Of a stretch of DNA of 64,000 nucleotides, positions 34,081-42,530 are shown in pieces. The translations under genes were made by a program, and so were the position numbers. Under the pieces are notes generated by a model. The model had not been told where the DNA came from, did no database searches, and worked only from the letters and a program-made list of their open reading frames with translations. Location: the NCBI GenBank assembly GCA_029547025.1, contig JAKPQA010000319.1, positions 1,263-65,262 of the forward strand. Direction: 5' to 3'. Positions within the stretch are counted from its first letter, which is position 1; each line of letters opens with the position of its first letter. Source of the DNA: Armatimonadota bacterium. GTDB lineage: Bacteria; Armatimonadota; Zipacnadia; UBA1398; JAKPQA01.

Positions 34081-35295
34081 CTACCACATCACCCGCGCGA
34101 GGAAGGTACTGCCGTTTCCGCCGCGAGGGCTCGGGTGGTAGCCGTGCTTCAGAGAGAGGTACTCGGAGTCCGTCACCCACGATTCCTGGGGCGTGATGGC
34201 CGCGGCGCCGAAGTTGCCGAGCATCAGGCCCCGCTCTGGAATGAGCACCTTCTCCGTCGCCCGAATGACGCACAGCCGCACCGGATCGACTTGCGCCATG
34301 AACAGTGGCGCGCGGTTGCGCGGGATGTGGTCGTTGTCCGCGCCGCGGCGCGTGTAGCACAGGAACAGGCCCTCGCCGTGCGTCAGCCAATGCTGCTGCG
34401 TGTTGTAGCTGCCCAGGTCCGAACCATCGTCGAAGGTCCACGGCCGGATGGGCTCATAGTTCAGCCCGTCATCGCTCACGGTGACATAGGCCCTCTCGTC
34501 GTTCCGCAGCGTCAGATAGACGCGCCCGTGGAAGGCAGCGAGCGAGGGCTCACACAGGCCACGGACCACGTTGAGCTCGAGCGTGTTGCCCTGCTCCTGG
34601 CACCTCATCTCCGTGCCGTCGAAGGTGCAACGAAACACGGTGACCTTCGAGGGCTCACCGGCCGTGCGATTGTGATAGAAGGGCACGAGCAGCCGACCGT
34701 CGGCCTCGACGAGCCACTGCGAGCACGCGCTACGGCAGAAGTCGAAGACCGGGTCCGTCGGCATCTCCAGGACCCGCCAGCCCGCCCAGGAGTCAGCCAC
34801 CGGGTCATAGGTCGCATAGGCTGTGCAGTTGGCTCGATGGACATCGTCGAGCTGCTCGCCGCTCTCCGAGTACCGCACCTGGCAGCCGATGGCGACGAGC
34901 TTGCCTGTCGGCGCGTGCCAGCCGGGGGTCACATCGGCCACCGAGATGATGACCCCTTTCCCGTCGCGCCGCCAGGCCAGCTCGGGGATCTCGATGGGCC
35001 CGCGCCAGGTACGGCCCAGGTCGTCGGTCCGCATGAAGTAGAGGCCCGAGTAGAAGTCGCTGGCCGACAGCTCCTTCATCAGCGTCATCACCACGGCAGG
35101 AGCGCCCTCTTGTCCCGCGCCGGGTATGGCGGCGCAGCGCGGGTGGAACCAACAGAAGTCTTCGTGGATCTCCTGCAGCGGGACCTCGAGCTTCACCTCG
35201 AATGCCACGGCATCGGGCATGGGTGGCTCCTCCCCGTTGGCCCCGAGGCCAGCCAGCGACAGCCACAGGCCGAGTAGCACGCGCACGGTGATCAC
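34081..35295 (-). CDS. Secreted BNR-repeat exo-alpha-sialidase-like glycoside hydrolase
   Basis: The signal peptide is MITVRVLLGLWLSLAGLGA. BNR/Asp-box motifs are RTDDLGRTW (SxDxGxTW) and VSDDGLNYE. Confidence 0.55.
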   Translation of the reverse strand: MITVRVLLGLWLSLAGLGANGEEPPMPDAVAFEVKLEVPLQEIHEDFCWFHPRCAAIPGAGQEGAPAVVMTLMKELSASDFYSGLYFMRTDDLGRTWRGPIEIPELAWRRDGKGVIISVADVTPGWHAPTGKLVAIGCQVRYSESGEQLDDVHRANCTAYATYDPVADSWAGWRVLEMPTDPVFDFCRSACSQWLVEADGRLLVPFYHNRTAGEPSKVTVFRCTFDGTEMRCQEQGNTLELNVVRGLCEPSLAAFHGRVYLTLRNDERAYVTVSDDGLNYEPIRPWTFDDGSDLGSYNTQQHWLTHGEGLFLCYTRRGADNDHIPRNRAPLFMAQVDPVRLCVIRATEKVLIPERGLMLGNFGAAAITPQESWVTDSEYLSLKHGYHPSPRGGNGSTFLARVMW

Positions 35296-35539
35296 CTCAT
35301 GGGCTGGGTGGTTCGGTGGTCGAGGGGAGTGTGCCTGCGCGACTCCCGTTGTGCCGCGTCGGGGGGGCGATGTGGGGAGCAGCGCCCGAGACCCGACGGC
35401 TATGGGACTTCGGCGACCAGGCGACCTCCGACAGGAACCCCACCGCCCACGCGGACGGCGACACTGGCCTCTACAGAGCCACCGTCACGGCCACCACCGC
35501 GATGGAGGTCATGGTCACGAGGGGCGAGGGCGGGACGGG

Positions 35540-35700
35540 GACTTCACGCGGGGCGAAAGCGCGCGCGTCGACGAAAGCCACGGTGGCATTCGCCGTCAGT
35601 GCCCCCCAACACCCGAGGCCAACCGTTGGCCTGCGATGCCGCGACCGGCTTCTCATCGCACTGTTTGGCGCGTCAGGGCGCAACCCGGGAGCCCGATGGG
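35540..35700 (-). mobile_element. Second, short and diverged IS630-family transposase fragment
   Basis: The DNA here is ~75-80% identical to 31420-31540 (gtcgacgaaa[a/g]ccacggtggcat...ctgtttggcgcg). The minus-strand translation ANATVAFVDARAF / PTVGLGCWGAL parallels AHATVVFVDESGC / WPRVLGGAL of the first copy. Coordinates are approximate. Confidence 0.45.
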
Positions 35701-35793
35701 CCGCGGCCGTGTGCTGTGGGTCCTTCGATGACGGGACCATGCCTGCACCAGGCAGGCCCCTCTTGTGCCCTCAGTCCCACGACGGAGCGGTCG

Positions 35794-36888
35794 CTAGAAC
35801 GCCGAGTCGGACAGGAATCCCCCGAGCAGCCCATCGTTGAACTCGAGCAGAAGCTCGGGGGCGCCACTGATGGTGGCGTCGGGCACCTGGCTCGCCGTGA
35901 ATGAGGCCACTTGACTGAGGTAGTCCCGGGCAGGCCAGCCAGCTTCGTGCTGCCACCATATGAGGGCAGTCGACGCGCAGAGGGCGGCGGTCAGGAGTCC
36001 GACCTCGACGGCTCTCCACCCGGTGGGTCGCCGTCCGCGGTGTCTGCGCAGCTCGCTGCGGTGTCGCCCGGGGCGGCCGCCCTCCCGGGGTGCCCCGCCC
36101 GCCAGTGCGACGAGTTGGGGCTCGGCATTCGGCGCCGTGGCCGGGCGAGCGTCGAGGTTGAACCGCATCTGCACCAGGGCCGCGGTCCGAGCCCGGACCG
36201 GTGCGGTCGAGGGCCGCAATGCCAGGAGGCGCGAGCAGGCGTCAACCAGTGTCTCGCACCCAGCGATCCGCCGGCTGGCGTCGGCGGGTCCGAGGAGAAC
36301 CTGACCGATGCCGCCGGCCGTCAGCACCAGCACATCGCCGGGCGCGGCCAACAGCTCATGGGTGTGCGGCGCCGCTGCGGGCGCGCCCCAGAGACTGGCC
36401 GAGGGGCGTCCGGCCGACGGGCCCTGGAGCACCTCGTACGCGGCCGAAGGCGATGCATCGCGGATGACATAGGCCGTGCAGTCGCCCTGCCAGGCGAAGG
36501 CCACATGCTTACCGCTGACGATGCATGCCATGAGCGGGCAACCGCGGGGCGGCTGGCTGGCGACGAACGCGAGGCGCAGTCGCTCCCGCAGATCGAGTTT
36601 GGGGCCGTGCAGGGGTTCTCCCGCTGAGAGGGCCCGGCGGAGGCGGTCGATGGTGGCGATGGCATCGCGCTCCAGGCGCCCGCCCACCCGAGGCGCGGTC
36701 ACGACCACGGCCGCCGTAAAGGGACGGTGCGACGGAGGCATGCCCGCGCTCGGGCCCGTGCCGATCCAGAACAGGTCGGGCCCTGCAGCCCCGTCCGGAC
36801 GACAGCACGATGCGGATGCATCGGCCGCCAACAGGCTACAGGGCTGGGCCTGAAGGGGGTCCGGGCACCGAAGCGCCGAGTTGGCCAT
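35794..36888 (-). CDS. Possible PP2C/SpoIIE-like phosphatase domain protein with C-terminal TM anchor (tentative)
   Basis: MACIVSGKHVAFAWQGDCTAYVIRD and LAAPGDVLVLTAGGI resemble the PP2C motifs GDSRaYl.r and GD.llLcSDGl, but no clear DGMGG is present. The TM segment is VGLLTAALCASTALIWW. Confidence 0.3.
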   Translation of the reverse strand: MANSALRCPDPLQAQPCSLLAADASASCCRPDGAAGPDLFWIGTGPSAGMPPSHRPFTAAVVVTAPRVGGRLERDAIATIDRLRRALSAGEPLHGPKLDLRERLRLAFVASQPPRGCPLMACIVSGKHVAFAWQGDCTAYVIRDASPSAAYEVLQGPSAGRPSASLWGAPAAAPHTHELLAAPGDVLVLTAGGIGQVLLGPADASRRIAGCETLVDACSRLLALRPSTAPVRARTAALVQMRFNLDARPATAPNAEPQLVALAGGAPREGGRPGRHRSELRRHRGRRPTGWRAVEVGLLTAALCASTALIWWQHEAGWPARDYLSQVASFTASQVPDATISGAPELLLEFNDGLLGGFLSDSAF

Positions 36889-37153
36889 GATAGGTCCCTG
36901 CCTTGCCGCCGGCTTCCAGCGCCTCAGCGCAAGTGCTCGACGGAACGGTCTTTCGCCAGGGCAACCAGGGGGAGGGCGTGCCGCGGCACGGCCTCTGTGT
37001 ACCCCGAACGCCTTCGCGGGCGCTCGGGCTCAAAGCGAGGTGAAGTTACGCCCCAAGCCGGACTCGCGCGCTCACACCAGTTGTGCGGAGGTGTTCGTTT
37101 CCGGACGGCGTAGTTAGGAACATGGGTGTAAGGCATCCTCGGGAGGTGTTCCC

Positions 37154-37873
37154 ATGGATTCGCCTCTGCCGAGCAGACGGGTCAACATCGAGCAGCTCGT
37201 GGATCGCCGCGCCAAGCACTGGGACCATGCCCGCGAGACCCAGGCGGGTCTCCAGGCTGTCCGGCGCACGGGTCTGGGGCCCTATGTGGCCATCTCGCGC
37301 GCCATCGGCACCCACGGCCGCACCATCTCCCAGCTGGTGGCCGACCTTCTGGGCTGGGACTACTATGAGCGGGAGATTGTCGAGTTCATCGCCAAACGGG
37401 CTCAGGTCCGCGAGCACATGGTGAAGTCTCTCGGGGAGACGCAGCGGGAGGAGGCCATGAACTGGGTCCGGAGCATGATCGATGGTCATGCGGTGGCAGA
37501 GACGGTCTACTTCCGGCACTTGGTTGCGGTCATCACGGGGATTGCGGCCCATGGAAACGCCGTAATCCTGGGGCGGGGCGCCCAGTTCATCCTTCCTCCA
37601 TCCGCGGGACTCCGGGTGCGGCTATACGCCCCCAAGCCGTGGCGGATCGAGACGGCCATGGTTCGTTACAACACGACTCGGGAGGAAGCCGAGAAGCTCA
37701 TCAGAGACTCCGATCGGGCGCAAGCGAGGTTCTACAAGGATCGCTTCCACAAAGACATGCTCGACCCTCTCGGCTACGATCTTATGGTGAATGTATCACA
37801 AATGGATGTGGAAGGTGCCGCGCGGTCGATCGTTTGCGCCCTTCGTGGGAAGCTTGGGTCTGAAGCTCTTTGA
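37154..37873 (+). CDS. Cytidylate-kinase-like family protein (P-loop NTPase-related, non-canonical)
   Basis: VAISRAIGTHGRTISQLVADLLGWDYYEREIVEFIA matches the family N-terminus (itIsRqfGSGG..ia..LA..LGy.yyDkeli). The gene is ~239 aa. Confidence 0.55.
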   Translation: MDSPLPSRRVNIEQLVDRRAKHWDHARETQAGLQAVRRTGLGPYVAISRAIGTHGRTISQLVADLLGWDYYEREIVEFIAKRAQVREHMVKSLGETQREEAMNWVRSMIDGHAVAETVYFRHLVAVITGIAAHGNAVILGRGAQFILPPSAGLRVRLYAPKPWRIETAMVRYNTTREEAEKLIRDSDRAQARFYKDRFHKDMLDPLGYDLMVNVSQMDVEGAARSIVCALRGKLGSEAL

Positions 37874-37996
37874 TGCCACTCCGCGTGAGGCACTGGGGGA
37901 TGTCTTCCGGAAGCAGGCTGGCGTCGCTGTTGCCCCGGACCGAGTGCCCGGCCTGCTGCTCTTGCAGCCTGTGGACCTAGCCCGCAGGCAGCGGAG

Positions 37997-38482
37997 TCAT
38001 CGAGACAGCGGCCCGGTGGTGTTCCGGGCCGCCCGCGTTGGTTCTGGCTCCATCAGGAGTAGCGGCCCGTCACGGAGCACCACGTCATCCACACTGGTCA
38101 TACTGATGACCTTGCACCCGGCATCGCAGGTGGCCGCGATGAGCTTCGAGCACGCATGGGGTGCGAAGGCGGTGTACAGGCCAGGCTCATACGCTTCGTA
38201 GGGGACCCCGAGCTCGTCCAGCACCCGGTGGCCGGGGTCGCGGATGGTCAGTTGGTTCATCAGGTAGCCGCCGATCCAGAACCCGCCTCCCAGGTAGTTG
38301 TTGCTCTCGAAGATGACGGTGCGCGCGCCACGGCGTGCCAGGTCGCGGCCGGCCATCAGGCCACTGGGTCCGGCACCGACGATGATGACGTCGCTGTCGG
38401 TGACGGACAGGAGCTCGCGAGTGAACCGCTCGACGATGCCCCGGGTGATGCTCTTCTCGGTTACTGGAGCGAACAGGCTCAT
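37997..38482 (-). pseudogene. thi4: Thi4-family thiazole synthase, truncated after ~160 aa
   Basis: GIVERFTRELLSVTDSDVIIVGAGPSGLMAGRDLARRGARTVIFESNNYLGGGFWIGGYLMNQLTIRDPGHRVLDELGVPYE...VDDVVLRDG closely parallels the Thi4 N-terminal two-thirds. Translation stops 9 codons after the conserved RDG, and only 123 nt remain before the convergent gene's stop. No Thi4-like C-terminus appears in any frame. Confidence 0.5.
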
Positions 38483-38621
38483 GGGGTACCTCCGCGGAAA
38501 GAGAGATGCGGCACCCGCCTACGCCCGGACCACCGGGGCGCCGCAAAATGATAGGCTAGTTAGGGTAATACATCAACTTTATTGCGTCGCCGTCCGGCTC
38601 GGGCGGGATGAGAGGGGAATC

Positions 38622-39836
38622 GTGGTGTCTGCGGTGGTGCTGCTGGCCCTGTCGGCCACCGTTCTGGCCGAGGGCCTGCCTTCGCGAGCTGATCTTCGGC
38701 CCGACTACGCGTCGCTTGGCCTCAAGCCCAAGAACCAGAATCCGCGCGGGTGCTGCTCGCTCTTCGCCATGGTCGGTGTCCTCGAGTTCGAGCTGGCCAA
38801 GGCCACCGGTAAGCCCGTCTCGCTGTCTGAGGAGTATATGAACTGGGCATCGCACCAGACCAACGGACGCGGGAGTGATGGTTCGTTCTTCTCGGATGCG
38901 CTCCGCGGCGCCGAGTGCTTCGGCATCTGCGCCGAGACGCTCATGCCCTACCAGCGTGAGTTCCGCCCCGATGCCGAGCCATCGGTCGAGGCGTTTCGCG
39001 ATGCCGAGACGCGCAAGGGCGTGTCGGCTCTGTGGATCAAGGAGTGGGACGTCACGACCGGCATGACCAATGCCATGCTGGCGCAGATCCGCGAGAGCGT
39101 CGCGACGGGCCACCCGGTGGCGATCGGCATGCGGTGGCCGAAGACCGACACCTACCTGGGCGACCAGTTGCTCACTCCGCCGAGACCCGAGGATGTGTTC
39201 GACGGCCACAGCGTGGTGATCGTGGCCTATGAGGATGACGCGGCCCAGCCGGGCGGGGGCACATTCGTCTTCCGCAACTCCTTCGGCCCCGAGTGGGGCG
39301 AGGGCGGGTACGCCCGCATGTCGTACGCCTACGCCCAGGCCTACGGCAACGACGCGCTGGGCCTGCGCATTGGTGGAGGACGGACGGTGCCGAGCAACCG
39401 GGTTGCAGCCGATCCCATCGAGGTTGAGACCCTCGAGGTCGCCCAACGGCGTGGGTGCCAGTCCGCCGACCCACCGCCCCTTCTGTGGTGCCCTGCGCTA
39501 TGGAGTGGCGGCGGGCAGGTCGCCTATGCGGCGGAGGTGGGAGCCCGGCTGGACCTGCGACTGATTGCTCCCGCGGCGGGTACCTATCGAGTTTGGCTCT
39601 TCGGGACGGCTGGGCCGAGCTTCGGTGAGATCCGGATGACGCTCGACGGAGAGCGGGCGGGTCGTGACATCGACCTGTATGCCACGGAGCTACGGCCCAC
39701 CGGTCGCATTGACCTCGGGGTACATACGCTGGAGGCGGGTGCGCGGGCACTCCGCCTGGACGTGATCGGGAAGGACCATCGGTCGTCGGGGTATGACTTC
39801 GGCCTGGACTGCATCGAGCTGGAGAGGGTCTTGTAG
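38622..39836 (+). CDS. Secreted papain-like (C1 family) cysteine peptidase with C-terminal beta-sandwich domain
   Basis: The GTG start with GAGGGGAA upstream gives the signal peptide VVSAVVLLALSATVLA. The catalytic Cys context is NQNPRGCCSLFAMVGVLE, the His context is DGHSVVIVAYED, and the Asn/Trp region is NSFGPEWGEGGYARMSY. Confidence 0.65.
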   Translation: MVSAVVLLALSATVLAEGLPSRADLRPDYASLGLKPKNQNPRGCCSLFAMVGVLEFELAKATGKPVSLSEEYMNWASHQTNGRGSDGSFFSDALRGAECFGICAETLMPYQREFRPDAEPSVEAFRDAETRKGVSALWIKEWDVTTGMTNAMLAQIRESVATGHPVAIGMRWPKTDTYLGDQLLTPPRPEDVFDGHSVVIVAYEDDAAQPGGGTFVFRNSFGPEWGEGGYARMSYAYAQAYGNDALGLRIGGGRTVPSNRVAADPIEVETLEVAQRRGCQSADPPPLLWCPALWSGGGQVAYAAEVGARLDLRLIAPAAGTYRVWLFGTAGPSFGEIRMTLDGERAGRDIDLYATELRPTGRIDLGVHTLEAGARALRLDVIGKDHRSSGYDFGLDCIELERVL

Positions 39837-39838
39837 CC

Positions 39839-42403
39839 ATGGGAACGCCTGAGGAGCTTCGAGCCAAGGCGGCCGGCGGTACCTTTTGCATCGTCCCCTA
39901 CTGCCACCCGGACTTCGCGTGGACCCACCACCGGGAGTGGCACGAGGAGCGCTATGCGGTCAGCATCAGCGAGGCCCTGGACCTGATGGGGGAATGCCCC
40001 CAGTTCCGTTTCTGCATTGAGCCATGGATCGACCAGGTGCAGCCGTTCCTCGAGCGCTGCCCCGAACGCGCGGATGAGCTGCGGGAGCGGCTGACGACGG
40101 GACAGATGGGCGTGAAGGCGTTCACGCTCGTGAGCCCGCGTCCGGCGACGTGCCCGGAAGAGGCATTCGTGCGGAACATGGTCCTCGGCCGCCGCAGGTA
40201 CCGTGAGTTCGCTCCGGAGGCCGACCTGTCAGTGATGGCGTGCCCGGATGTGTGTATCGGCCACAGCCAGATGCCCCAGGTGGTGCGTTTGGCCGGCGGG
40301 CGGATGTACCGGGGGTGGCGGTCAGAGGCGGCGTTCAACGCCCTGGGCATTCCGCGCGACTTCGTCTGGCGTGGACTCGACGGCACCGAGTTGATCACGT
40401 CGCGCGGCATCTACGGCGGGCTGTGCTGGGACCCCGCCATCCCGGAGGACTTCGCCGACTGCTGGGAGGAGCTCACGAGCCGCCTCTTCGGCGCCGAGCT
40501 GGGTGACGCCATGACCAACTCGAGCACGCCCCTGTGGTGGGTTGCCCAAGGGATGGATGATTCCCGGCCGCTGTGTGCGTGGCCGCGCGACAAGCGGCAA
40601 CCCGTGGTGGCGTTCATCGACGAGTGGAATCGGCGCGAGTCGAGCCACATGAGGTTCGCCACGCCCAACGAGTACGGCCGAATGCTCGCGGCGCTCGACC
40701 TCCCGGTGTGGGACGGCGTCATTGACCAGGTCGACGTGGCCTACAACAGCGGTTGGCACGGTGCCCGCGGCCTCTGGCGCTTGAGGCAGCGGCTCGACAC
40801 GGCGGCTGTCATCGCGGAACGTGCCTGCGCCATGGCCCGGCTGGCAGGAGGCCAGGCGGCTGGCCCGGATCGCCTTGCCGAGCTGTGGACCGAGGTGGTT
40901 CGCGTCCAGTCGCATGCGCTGCAGTGGGTCTTCGAGAAGGACTGGGAGTGGATCAACACCCGGGCCCGCTACGCGCTCAGGGAGCTTGCCGAGGCGACCC
41001 ACGATGCCGTCTGCGCGCTGGCCGGTGCCGGGCGCGGCTTCGGCGAGGACCGGCCTCTGGTGCTCTTCAACCCACTCCCGTATGCGCGCGACGAGTGGAT
41101 CGAGGTGCCGTGGGTTCAGCCGAGGCAGGACGCTGGCGGACACCAGGTCATCGGCCCGGACGGCCGGGCGGTCGAGCTGCAGCTTGGTGAGCAGGCGGGA
41201 GAGAGCTGGGGCGACCAGGTGGTGGAGGCGCCGCTGATCTTTCGCGCGCGCGTGCCGGCACTCGGGTGCGCGATCTATCGGGTGGCCGATGGTCCCTTCG
41301 AGGCGGCGCCACCGGCGCCCGAAGGTGATGTGGTGGACAACGGACGACTGAGGCTGGCGCTGTCGGGGCGCGGCCTTCAGTCGGTCGAGGACTCTGTGAC
41401 TGGAACCGAGTGGCGGGCCCCTCGAGGGTCGGCCATCGGTGACTGCCGGCTCTTCGAGATGGGTCCCGGCGTGCTGGGCGTGGGGCCCATCACGGCGGAG
41501 ATGTCCGGCGAGGCGGGCCAGGGGCGGTGGATCAGCACGGGGCCGATCCGATGGCGCTATCGTTGGGAGACGCGCTTCCACGGCCATCGGGTTCGGCAGG
41601 ACATCGTGGTCGACCGCGACGAGGGGCATGTGGACTTCGTCACCCGCGTGTTCTGCATCGGCGCCAACGGGTTCTTCGCGCTCTGCTTCGACCTGCCGGT
41701 CCGCGGGGTCATGCATGTCGACATCCCGTTCGGCGTGGAGCCGCGGGACCTGTCGCACGAGGTCTACGCCATGGACATGCCGCCGGGCATGCACAACATT
41801 GAGCGGAACCGGGAGGACCAGTTCTGGGCGCGAAGCTGGGCATCCGTGTCAGACGGCGAGAAGGGTGTCGCGGTCATCACCCTCGACGGCGATCGCTACT
41901 GGACCTACGAGGCTGGGCCGGGCCGGCTGAGACACATCTTGTTCATGGCCCTGCATGACGTGGACACCTCGTGGGAGGCATGGGTGCCCAAGGACCGCAT
42001 GGCACTGGGCTGGCACGAGTTCCAGCATCGTGTCGTCTTCCACCAGGGCGATTGGAGGGCCGCCGGCCTATGCGGTGAATCGGACCGCGTCCGACTGCCG
42101 CTGCAGGCCGTGAAGCCGGTAGGGCCTCCGGGGGACCGCAAGCTCGGCCGCCCACTGGAGGTGTCGCCGAAATCCGCGCGGCTATCGGCTTTCTATGAGG
42201 CGCCCCAGGGCCATGTTCTCCGGGTGTACGAGTCGGCAGGCGAGAGCGTGACTGCTGACATCACACTGCCGCACGGGTTCGCCGTCGCGCGGCGGACGGA
42301 CTTCAACCTGGAGCCGATGGAGGCGACTTGCCTTCTGGACGGAGACCGCCTGAGTGTGCCGCTCAGGCCCTGGGAGATCGCGACGGTGTTGCTGGAGGGT
42401 TAG
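39839..42403 (+). CDS. GH38-like (alpha-mannosidase family) glycoside hydrolase (tentative family)
   Basis: The N-terminus CIVPYCHPDFAWTHH resembles the GH38 metal-binding start (hvvpHsH.D.gW). It is ~854 aa and cytoplasmic, with no signal peptide. The family assignment is from motif memory only. Confidence 0.4.
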   Translation: MGTPEELRAKAAGGTFCIVPYCHPDFAWTHHREWHEERYAVSISEALDLMGECPQFRFCIEPWIDQVQPFLERCPERADELRERLTTGQMGVKAFTLVSPRPATCPEEAFVRNMVLGRRRYREFAPEADLSVMACPDVCIGHSQMPQVVRLAGGRMYRGWRSEAAFNALGIPRDFVWRGLDGTELITSRGIYGGLCWDPAIPEDFADCWEELTSRLFGAELGDAMTNSSTPLWWVAQGMDDSRPLCAWPRDKRQPVVAFIDEWNRRESSHMRFATPNEYGRMLAALDLPVWDGVIDQVDVAYNSGWHGARGLWRLRQRLDTAAVIAERACAMARLAGGQAAGPDRLAELWTEVVRVQSHALQWVFEKDWEWINTRARYALRELAEATHDAVCALAGAGRGFGEDRPLVLFNPLPYARDEWIEVPWVQPRQDAGGHQVIGPDGRAVELQLGEQAGESWGDQVVEAPLIFRARVPALGCAIYRVADGPFEAAPPAPEGDVVDNGRLRLALSGRGLQSVEDSVTGTEWRAPRGSAIGDCRLFEMGPGVLGVGPITAEMSGEAGQGRWISTGPIRWRYRWETRFHGHRVRQDIVVDRDEGHVDFVTRVFCIGANGFFALCFDLPVRGVMHVDIPFGVEPRDLSHEVYAMDMPPGMHNIERNREDQFWARSWASVSDGEKGVAVITLDGDRYWTYEAGPGRLRHILFMALHDVDTSWEAWVPKDRMALGWHEFQHRVVFHQGDWRAAGLCGESDRVRLPLQAVKPVGPPGDRKLGRPLEVSPKSARLSAFYEAPQGHVLRVYESAGESVTADITLPHGFAVARRTDFNLEPMEATCLLDGDRLSVPLRPWEIATVLLEG

Positions 42404-42530
42404 CACGGGCCGGCGGCTGGGCCGACTGCAAAAGCGCCCGGGCCGAGTGGAAGTGGCCCGCGAGGCGGGGAGGGCGCCATCCGATCCGTTCGGGCGGAAG
42501 GCGCTACAGTACCAGGCACGGGACAGGGCG

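Noticed and set aside
35299-35904. Plus-strand ORFs 35299-35904 and 35316-35840 near the second IS fragment
   Set aside because: They are Arg/Pro-rich and overlap the region better explained as a decayed minus-strand IS630 fragment plus the upstream end of the PP2C-like gene.
38483-38621. Possible TPP riboswitch in the leader of the Thi4-like gene
   Set aside because: The minus-strand leader contains GGUCCGGGCGUAGGCGGGUGCC, reminiscent of the 3' GCGUAGGGA part of the THI element. I could not find the obligatory CUGAGA motif or the GGGGUGC 5' half. A cmscan with RF00059 would settle this.
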